NCBI GenBank assembly: GCA_020053475.1
Contig: JAGVNC010000084.1
Location: 4,201 to 68,200 of the forward strand
Direction of reading: 5' to 3'
DNA from: Candidatus Omnitrophota bacterium
Lineage (GTDB): Bacteria; Omnitrophota; Gorgyraeia; Zapsychrales; Zapsychraceae
DNA: 64,000 nt
In this document: positions 56,834 to 64,000 of the stretch, one piece after another
Position numbering within the stretch: the stretch's first letter is position 1
How the letters are laid out: each line of letters starts with the position of its first letter
Made by a program: the position numbers and the translations under genes
The notes under the pieces: model-generated
Databases searched by the model: none
What the model was told of the DNA's origin: nothing
Seen by the model: the letters and a program-made list of their open reading frames with translations, nothing else

Positions 56834-58750
56834 CTAAAATGTGTCAACCGAATTTTCCGGCGGGGTGAGTTGTTGTGCGGCCTTCAACGCGTAATATTTC
56901 CTTAAATAGACCATCAAAATCGAAATGGCTGCGGGAGTGACCCCGGGAATGCGGTTCGCCTGGCCTAAATTGGCCGGAGAAAACCGCTTCAACTTTTGGC
57001 GGATTTCGGTCGAAAGGCTGTGAACCTGCTCATAGTCTAATTCTTGCGGGATTTTAATATTTTCAATATGCCGGAAACGCTCCACATCTTTACGCTGACG
57101 ATTGATAAAGCCTTCATATTTGATTTCATATTCAACCTGGTCGATGACCTCGGGCGGGAAACTCTTCAACAATCCGTCATAGTCCGCAATCATGGCATAA
57201 CGGACTTCCGGCCGTTTCAATAAATCGCTTAATAATATCGGCTGGCGCAGCGGAGAACTTCCTGCATCCCTTAAAATGTCGTTCAGAACTTTTTGGGGCG
57301 CAACGCGTGTTGAACGTAAATGCTTCACCTCTTGATCGATCAAGGCGTATTTGGTTCCAACGGCGCGATAATCATCTTCCTTTAAAAGCCCCAACGTGTA
57401 TCCATGATGCGCCAGGCGACGATCCGCATTATCTTCGCGGATAATCAATCGATATTCCACACGTGAAGTGAACATGCGATATGGTTCATCCGTTCCTTTG
57501 GTGGTTAAATCATCGATCAGGACGCCAATGTAGGCTTCGTGGCGGCCCAGGACAAAAGGATCTTTCTCTTTGGCTGATAAACCGGCATTGATGCCAGCGA
57601 TAATCCCTTGCGCGCCGGCTTCTTCGTAACCGGTTGTCCCATTAATCTGGCCGGCTAAAAATAGTCCCTTGATTTTTTTGGTTTCCAGCGTGTGGTTAAG
57701 TTCGGTGGCCGGGACAACGCCGTGTTCAATCGAATAGCCGGGGCGGTTGATGTTGACGTTTTCCAATCCGGGAATCGTGCGGACATATTGCTCCTGCACG
57801 TCCACCGGCAATCCCGTGGAAATGCCGTTAGGATAATATTCATCCGTATCCAGCCCTTCGGGCTCTAAGAAAATCTGATGGCTTTGTTTGTTGGCAAATT
57901 TTTTAATTTTATCTTCAATGGACGGACAATAACGCACACCCGTGGCCTGGATCTGCCCCGAATACATCGGCGAAAGATGCATATTCGCCCGGATGATCTC
58001 GTGGGTTTTTTCTGTCGTGTGTGTAATATGGCAGGGCAATAATTGTTGATCGGCCGGAATAAAAGGCGTACGAAACGAAAATGGGATCGGGCGTTCGTCG
58101 GAATGCTGCGGTTCTAAACGTGAAAAATCAATTGTTTTCCCATCGAGGCGGGGAGGCGTGCCTGTTTTGAACAACAATATTTCAAACCCTAGATCTTTAA
58201 TGTTATCCGCCAAACGCGTGGAATTAGGCTCACCGATTCTTCCGCCGGGAGTAATTTGCCGGCCGATATGGATGCGCCCTTTAAGAAATGTGCCGGTGGT
58301 GATCACAACACAACGGCAAGCGATATCCCTTCCTTCTTCAGTGCGAATCCCAACAATCCGGCCTTGCTTGACAAGAAGCTCACCGACTTTAGTTTCCAAG
58401 ACATCTAAATTTTCTTGGCGACGAACAACATCCTGCATGTAAAGTTTGTAGCGTTTGCGATCGGATTGACAGCGGGACGACCGCACCGCTTGCCCTTTGG
58501 AAGCATTTAATTGGCGGAATTGAATGGCTGTCCGGTCAGCGGCCAGCCCCATCTCGCCGCCTAAGGCATCGATCTCTTTGACGAGCTGGCCTTTGCCTAC
58601 GCCACCGATGGCCGGGTTACAGCTCATTTGACCAATCGTGTCAAAAAAAAGCGTGGCCATGAGGGTTTTGCAGCCCATCCTGGCGGAGGCTAAAGCCGCT
58701 TCACAGCCGGCATGACCGGCCCCAATGATAATACAATCATATATTTTCAT
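56834..58750 (-). CDS. mnmG: tRNA uridine 5-carboxymethylaminomethyl modification enzyme
   Basis: GAGHAGCEA, MSCNPAIGG, RYCPSIEDK and AGQINGTTGYEEA motifs. Confidence 0.98.
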   Translation of the reverse strand: MKIYDCIIIGAGHAGCEAALASARMGCKTLMATLFFDTIGQMSCNPAIGGVGKGQLVKEIDALGGEMGLAADRTAIQFRQLNASKGQAVRSSRCQSDRKRYKLYMQDVVRRQENLDVLETKVGELLVKQGRIVGIRTEEGRDIACRCVVITTGTFLKGRIHIGRQITPGGRIGEPNSTRLADNIKDLGFEILLFKTGTPPRLDGKTIDFSRLEPQHSDERPIPFSFRTPFIPADQQLLPCHITHTTEKTHEIIRANMHLSPMYSGQIQATGVRYCPSIEDKIKKFANKQSHQIFLEPEGLDTDEYYPNGISTGLPVDVQEQYVRTIPGLENVNINRPGYSIEHGVVPATELNHTLETKKIKGLFLAGQINGTTGYEEAGAQGIIAGINAGLSAKEKDPFVLGRHEAYIGVLIDDLTTKGTDEPYRMFTSRVEYRLIIREDNADRRLAHHGYTLGLLKEDDYRAVGTKYALIDQEVKHLRSTRVAPQKVLNDILRDAGSSPLRQPILLSDLLKRPEVRYAMIADYDGLLKSFPPEVIDQVEYEIKYEGFINRQRKDVERFRHIENIKIPQELDYEQVHSLSTEIRQKLKRFSPANLGQANRIPGVTPAAISILMVYLRKYYALKAAQQLTPPENSVDTF

Positions 58751-58754
58751 AATA

Positions 58755-58817
58755 AGTTCTCAGTTCACGGTTCATAGTTCACGGTTCTATAACTTAATGT
58801 TTTTCTGCGAACTATGA
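58755..58817. repeat. 7-bp-periodic inverted-repeat element (AGTTCAC/ATGAACT family)
   Basis: agttctc agttcac ggttcat agttcac ggttct ... gcgaact atgaact ccgaacg atgaact. Confidence 0.75.
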
Positions 58818-58888
58818 ACTCCGAACGATGAACTTCATTATCGAGGAAATTGTCTTTTTGTCAAGACTTGCATTCGGAAGGGAAAACT

Positions 58889-59902
58889 CTACTTCTTCGG
58901 GGAGGCGCAAGATTCGCGGACAATCAACTCGGGCGTTAATAGCGACTTTTTGGCGGTGTCTGGTTTCCCATGCATAATTCCATTCACCACACGCACCGCT
59001 TCTTCCGCCATTTGAAAGAGAGGTTGTTTAATGGTCGTGAGCGCGACCGAGCTATACAAACAGGCAGGATTATCATCAAAACCAATCAAGGAAATATCTT
59101 CCGGGACATTGAGGCCTTTTTCAAATAACGCAGCCATGATTTCCAGGGCCATATCGTCGCTGGCCGCAAAGATCGCGGTGGGGCGTTTCTCCAACCCTAG
59201 GAATTGTTCGGTAGCGGTCCGCGCACAGCGTCGGGAATAATCGCCCTCGTAGACATATTCTTTGGGCAACTCGAGATTATTTTTTTCGATAATTTTTTTA
59301 AATCCCTGGTAACGATGCAACCCGGATTGTGTCGTCAGGTTCCCCGTAACGGTTGCGATCCTTTTGTGCCCTAAACTCACCAAATAATCGGCAGCAATTT
59401 CCCCGCCCAACACATTATCGACAGCGATATAATTGACCTCCAAGTCCGTTACCTTATTATTAATCACCAGGCAAGGCGTTCCGACCGCCAAGGCCGCTTC
59501 GACTTGTTTTCGATTTTCAATGATATCAGCAAAAATGATCCCGCCAACGTTATTGGAATTAAGAGGATTCGTCCCATTAGAAATATGAAACACTAAATCC
59601 AGGCGCAATGTTTCACAAGCATGCCCCACGCCGCGGATAATCTCCATGGCATAAAAGGAATGAAAAATACCCGGGTATCCGGGAATGACGAGGCCAATGG
59701 CATTGGTAAACCCTCGCGCCAATCGCTGGGCACTCACATTAGGCTTAAACTTAAGGGCCGCGACCGCTTCTTCAACTTTAGCGCGATTCTTGCTAGACAC
59801 GGTGGACACATTATTAATGACACGGGAAACCGTGGTAATCGAAACCTTCGCACGACGAGCGACATCCTCGATGCTCATTTTTTTATTGGATTTTTCGGCC
59901 AT
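58889..59902 (-). CDS. LacI-family transcriptional regulator
   Basis: SIEDVARRAKVSITTVSRVIN, GFDD, LTTIKQP and LIVRES motifs. Confidence 0.95.
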   Translation of the reverse strand: MAEKSNKKMSIEDVARRAKVSITTVSRVINNVSTVSSKNRAKVEEAVAALKFKPNVSAQRLARGFTNAIGLVIPGYPGIFHSFYAMEIIRGVGHACETLRLDLVFHISNGTNPLNSNNVGGIIFADIIENRKQVEAALAVGTPCLVINNKVTDLEVNYIAVDNVLGGEIAADYLVSLGHKRIATVTGNLTTQSGLHRYQGFKKIIEKNNLELPKEYVYEGDYSRRCARTATEQFLGLEKRPTAIFAASDDMALEIMAALFEKGLNVPEDISLIGFDDNPACLYSSVALTTIKQPLFQMAEEAVRVVNGIMHGKPDTAKKSLLTPELIVRESCASPKK

Positions 59903-61167
59903 TACCGTACCACATCCCCTACTTTAATTTTGGACCATTGTTCTTTAATGTCAGCGGCAGAGATATCACTTCTGACTTGGATCACTTCGAGGCGGGCAAG
60001 ATATTGTGCATCGCGGTAAACGCTTAAGGCGTCTCCTAAACGGACCCCTTCCTGCTGTCCGATATCGACAATAATAAAATTATTTTCTTCATTGATACTG
60101 ACAACTTTCCCATTAAACCCGGGCTTCGACTTCATTGTCTCAACAGCCTCATTTTGTCCTTGCGAGGTGACAACAATCGGCGGCAATTCAATGTCTTTCC
60201 CGGGGGCAGATGCTGACTTCGCCCCTTCAAAACTTTTATCGACATTTTCCTTGATGTCCCAAATCTCGTCAATATTTGTCTGGACCATCGTCTCGGCTTC
60301 GTTGAGTTTTCTTTCAATGTTCGATTTATCTTCTTGCAAACGCACGTACGATTTTTCTAACGCACCCTTGGTTGTATTCAATTGTTTGAGCTGATCGCGT
60401 AATTGCGTATTTTCTTTGGATAACTTGTCGACATGATCAGAAACAAATTTACGATCATTTTTCGCACGGGCCAATTCTAACGAAAGATTATGAACCAACT
60501 CCTCTTTACTCTGGATTTCGCGGTCAACCGATTCCTTGTCTTGTTTAAGCCCATCTAATTCGATTTGTAAATTGGCGTTCGTTTGTTTAAGATTGACGAT
60601 CTCAACCGCATTCTTGGCCAAATCATCTTTCATGTTGGCCAACAGCACTTCTAATTCCGCTCGCTGACGCAAAACGGAAGCCCAATATTCTTCATCTCCC
60701 GCGGGAGCCATTTGAGATGGAACAGGAGCGGCAGGAGCTGCCGGTTGGGCAAAATTGGGGGGCGCTGGCTTTTCTTCCTCTGGCTGAGGCTCGGGACGCT
60801 CTTGTAACTTCACAACCAGCTCGTCACGTTCTCGCTGAATCGTCTCAACGCGGCGTTGCAATTCATTGCGTGAATCCGTCAGTTCGCCGACTTTGGCTTG
60901 AAGCTCTTCGGAGAGTTGTTCGGCTTTTTTAACTTTCTTTTCAATCTTATCTTTTTCGTCTTTGATTTGAACGCTTTCATCTTCGAGTTGTTTGATCTTC
61001 AGGAGGGATTTTTTTTCACGGTCTTGAGAGGCGAGTAATTCCTTGTCAACTTGCTGCTTAGCCTTTTCCAATTCTTGTTTTTGAAGCAACGTGTATCCGG
61101 CAAACCCAACGCTGGCAACTAATAGGACAGTCAGAATAAGAAGGCTTTGTTTTGCAGCTTTGGACAT
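59902..61167 (-). CDS. Membrane-anchored long coiled-coil protein with a C-terminal beta domain
   Basis: N-terminal TM, heptad-rich body and C-terminal GKVVSIN..FIIVDIG...GV..GD. Confidence 0.75.
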   Translation of the reverse strand: MSKAAKQSLLILTVLLVASVGFAGYTLLQKQELEKAKQQVDKELLASQDREKKSLLKIKQLEDESVQIKDEKDKIEKKVKKAEQLSEELQAKVGELTDSRNELQRRVETIQRERDELVVKLQERPEPQPEEEKPAPPNFAQPAAPAAPVPSQMAPAGDEEYWASVLRQRAELEVLLANMKDDLAKNAVEIVNLKQTNANLQIELDGLKQDKESVDREIQSKEELVHNLSLELARAKNDRKFVSDHVDKLSKENTQLRDQLKQLNTTKGALEKSYVRLQEDKSNIERKLNEAETMVQTNIDEIWDIKENVDKSFEGAKSASAPGKDIELPPIVVTSQGQNEAVETMKSKPGFNGKVVSINEENNFIIVDIGQQEGVRLGDALSVYRDAQYLARLEVIQVRSDISAADIKEQWSKIKVGDVVR

Positions 61168-61310
61168 AAATTCTCCCTGTTGAGATATAAAGACTATAAT
61201 GAATATAACAAACTATTAATTTTTATACAAGAATAATTCAACAATTTTTAGCACAATCATGCCTCAGCGGTCAAATTTTTTCCTGGCCCGCGGCAGGGTG
61301 ACAAATAAAA

Positions 61311-61337
61311 ACGGGACACCCAAAAGGATGTCCCGTC
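61311..61337 (-). terminator. Intrinsic terminator
   Basis: acgggaca.cc...gg.tgtcccgt stem, followed on the minus strand by a T-run. Confidence 0.65.
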
Positions 61338-61371
61338 CGCATTCGCTGAAATGTCAAGATACTATTAGATA

Positions 61372-62046
61372 CTATTCAAACCGGATATCGTCTAAGTAAA
61401 AAACATTTTGATCGGGGACCACATCCTCGCTGGTGGTCCAGGCAAATCCCCCGCTAATGTAAGAAAGATCTTTGCCTCTTAAATCTAGAGTGTATTGTTT
61501 CCATTCCGGAGAAAGAATCACGGGCCCCATCACCACAACGTCGGAATCAGGATAATTGCCCGTAATGCCCCCAATCGTAAATTCTTGGATTTGTTCGCCT
61601 CCCTTTTCGCCTTTGGCCCAGAACGTAAGTCTTTGAGCCCCTTCAAGATTAAACCCGCCTTTTCGTTGTCCCCAATTATTCGCCGGATTTAACCAATAAA
61701 TTCCAGCCCATTTTTGGTCTGTCCGAGAACATTGAGCGTCAAAAACGATCTTCATGCACGTCGACCCCTGGTAACAATTTTTTTGCCAAGTATCATCCAA
61801 CGAAACACACCGCACGCTGCCCATAAATCCTGACGGGACATAATGATTCTCACGCGCCCCTTTATTGGCATAAATATAAAATGGCTTGAAACCTGTTGGG
61901 GCACTTGGAGATTCGTCTTTGTTGAAAGAAACATCCGCCACAGGAATTTTTGTTTGCGTTAACGCGGATGCGTCCCTGGTTTCTTGATTTTTACAGCCAA
62001 CTAGACAACAAATTAATCCGATGAATAAAATCTTGGCCGGTCTCAT
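61372..62046 (-). CDS. Lipoprotein with a galactose-binding-like carbohydrate-binding domain
   Basis: LVGC lipobox; WAGIYW..PANNWG, LTFWAKGEKGGE, WKQYTLDL and FYLDDIRFE motifs. Confidence 0.75.
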   Translation of the reverse strand: MRPAKILFIGLICCLVGCKNQETRDASALTQTKIPVADVSFNKDESPSAPTGFKPFYIYANKGARENHYVPSGFMGSVRCVSLDDTWQKNCYQGSTCMKIVFDAQCSRTDQKWAGIYWLNPANNWGQRKGGFNLEGAQRLTFWAKGEKGGEQIQEFTIGGITGNYPDSDVVVMGPVILSPEWKQYTLDLRGKDLSYISGGFAWTTSEDVVPDQNVFYLDDIRFE

Positions 62047-62172
62047 GAATTCCTTTCTTCCGATCATTTCTTATCCAAAGACAATTATCGAAGGGTATGG
62101 TGAAGGTTGATGAGGAAAGTTGCAGGGATGCCTCGTTAAGAGACATCCCCGTAGACACACAAATTGAATGGA

Positions 62173-63048
62173 TTAAATTTCCCCTAATTCCATTAATGCT
62201 TCTTGAGCGGCTTCTTTAGGTTTCCAGAACCATCCCTGCGGGTCCCAGCACTGGGCATAAGAAAATTCATCCACCACTTGTTTATAAGCGGCTTGAGCTT
62301 CTTTGCTTTTCCCTTCTTTTTTCAACGCCTCTGCTTTGATAAAAAGGCCGGTCCCGACGTCATTCAGGGCCCAATAAGCAAATATTTTTTCTTTGGATTC
62401 CCACGGATACTCGGTCAATGCAGATTGCATTTCTTTGGCTCGATCACTGTAAAGCTCGACTAATTTGTCGACATACGCAACGGCGGACTTGCTATCATTG
62501 CCATTAAGTGCCGTCCAGGCTTTAGCAGTCAATGTCGAAGACGAATAATCACCAAAGTCGATGGTTGACCCTGTCGTGATCATCGCTATTTTTTCTTTGG
62601 CCGCGTCGGCGGGCTTCCAGAACCATCCCTGCGGATCCCAGCATTGCCCATAGCTATATTCATCGACAATCTTTTGATAAACCTGTTTGGCTTCATCTTG
62701 CATGTTCGCTTTACGATAAGCTTCACCCTGGATAAACAGAGCTGTCGCTACGTCATTAATCGCCCAATAAGCAAAAACTTCTTCTTTTTTCCCTTGAGGA
62801 TACGACGTTAACGCTGCCTGCATTTTTTGGGCTTCGCCGGTATACAACTCAAGGACTTTGTTCGTGTAGGCTAAAACAGCTTCCGTATCGCCGCGCGCTA
62901 AAGCTCCCCACGCTTTGGTCACCAATGTTTCCGAACGGAAATCGCCAAAATCATATTCGGCTGCCACCGGTGATGGGACCATGGCCCCTACACTGATTCC
63001 TAAGAATAAGACCGTTAATAAGACTCCGACTCTGTTGACTAAACGCAT
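62173..63048 (-). CDS. Secreted helical (TPR-like) protein made of two ~135-aa repeats
   Basis: Signal peptide; DFGD..S.TL..KAW.AL...YWA.NDV.T.LFI...QCWDPQGWFWKP occurs twice. Confidence 0.8.
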   Translation of the reverse strand: MRLVNRVGVLLTVLFLGISVGAMVPSPVAAEYDFGDFRSETLVTKAWGALARGDTEAVLAYTNKVLELYTGEAQKMQAALTSYPQGKKEEVFAYWAINDVATALFIQGEAYRKANMQDEAKQVYQKIVDEYSYGQCWDPQGWFWKPADAAKEKIAMITTGSTIDFGDYSSSTLTAKAWTALNGNDSKSAVAYVDKLVELYSDRAKEMQSALTEYPWESKEKIFAYWALNDVGTGLFIKAEALKKEGKSKEAQAAYKQVVDEFSYAQCWDPQGWFWKPKEAAQEALMELGEI

Positions 63049-63156
63049 ACTTATCCTCCTACTTTTGTTGATTGAATGTTAGACTTTAATCCTAAAAAAT
63101 TGGGGACAAACACAAGTATACATCATTTTAACTATTTGTGCAATTTTATTCTAGGC

Positions 63157-64000
63157 CTATAAACCATTGTGCCACAAGTCTTTATAAAGAAAATAAACTT
63201 TTTTTAGCTGCCGCATAAAAGGACTTTGCTGGCCATTGCCTTGACTGGTGACCCCAAACCATTCTTCAAAATAGTACCCACCCGGGAAAGGCCCGATGGC
63301 ATCGGATTTACGGTCATGCATGTAAGGCTCATAATTTTTCCACCATTCATCCATCCACTCAAAGACAACGCCGCCCAACGCATTGCCCGTGCCCCGGGCA
63401 CGGCCTGCTAAATTTTCTTCAATATCCAACCAATTCCCAAAATGGTATTGCGCTTGGGCTTGCTCGCCTTCTTCCAATGTCAGATGCGGCGCATAGGCGG
63501 GGCATCCATACTCGGAGATCAACGCTGGTTTCCCCGTCGCCTCAAAGACCTGCTCCCAGAAAGACCCAAAGCCGTAATTGCCGCGATACACATTCGCCGA
63601 GAAGACATCAATATGCGCCGCATGTTTGGCAAAAATATCTAAATAAAGAGTGTCCCCATTACTGACGGCGACAGGATGTTTTTGATCGACGGATTTGATC
63701 CATTGGGCCACCTCATCGACAAATTCATAAAATGCTTCCGGCTTTTTATCCGCGTTGGAAGCTACCCCATAGTTGTTTTCATTTCCCAAAACCCACATCA
63801 ATATATAAGGCTCGTCCTTAAATTCCATCACCATCTTTTTGACCGAGGACAGCATGTTGTTCCGATGTTCGGGATTTTCATAATCCGTCCCTTGCGCCCA
63901 TGTCGCTCCTGAACCGGTCGCGTATTTCCCTAAAAAATCACCCATGATGACCCGGAAGCCATATTTGTTAAACATCTGGCGCAAGAGTTCTTTATTAGGC
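63157..64000 (-). CDS. Clan GH-A (GH2-like) glycoside hydrolase TIM barrel; 5' part outside the window
   Basis: WVLGNENN (acid/base), ISEYG (nucleophile) and FEWMDEWWK motifs. Confidence 0.8.
   Translation of the reverse strand, partial: PNKELLRQMFNKYGFRVIMGDFLGKYATGSGATWAQGTDYENPEHRNNMLSSVKKMVMEFKDEPYILMWVLGNENNYGVASNADKKPEAFYEFVDEVAQWIKSVDQKHPVAVSNGDTLYLDIFAKHAAHIDVFSANVYRGNYGFGSFWEQVFEATGKPALISEYGCPAYAPHLTLEEGEQAQAQYHFGNWLDIEENLAGRARGTGNALGGVVFEWMDEWWKNYEPYMHDRKSDAIGPFPGGYYFEEWFGVTSQGNGQQSPFMRQLKKVYFLYKDLWHNGL

Overview
This is a 64-kb bacterial chromosome segment, mostly coded on the minus strand. Gene order and content (TMTC-like GT-C/TPR proteins, PilT-like ATPase, bamD-lptE-holA/rpsT-murJ-uvrC, a CBM/GH2-like locus) suggest a PVC-group organism, probably Candidatus Omnitrophota; that assignment is inference. 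Core genes are eno, ftsB, an FtsH-like protease, purN, hppA, lpxL-like, lnt, secA, prfB (programmed +1 frameshift), uvrC, murJ, rpsT, holA, lptE, bamD, comEC/comEA, leuS, thiS-thiG-thiH-thiF, cysK, mnmG and three tRNAs (fMet, Thr-CGT, Phe-GAA). There are four accessory regions: an AbiE toxin-antitoxin pair at the tRNA-fMet 3' end; a frameshifted SGNH hydrolase between two tRNAs; a ~10-kb island (33.2-43.2 kb) with a 2304-aa mosaic Cys-rich secreted protein, a broken excisionase-like HTH, an exonuclease and a second AbiE pair; and an ORF6N cassette between two synonymously diverged copies of the leuS 3' end. The most unusual signal is non-coding. Many gene junctions carry small structured repeats: 7-bp-periodic inverted-repeat elements from several unrelated sequence families, and nested GC-rich palindromes. 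Some of these supply stop codons or Shine-Dalgarno sequences to host genes. An unannotated 26-aa basic ORF resembling ribosomal protein bL37 is also present. All family assignments come from motif recognition by eye; no database searches were run.
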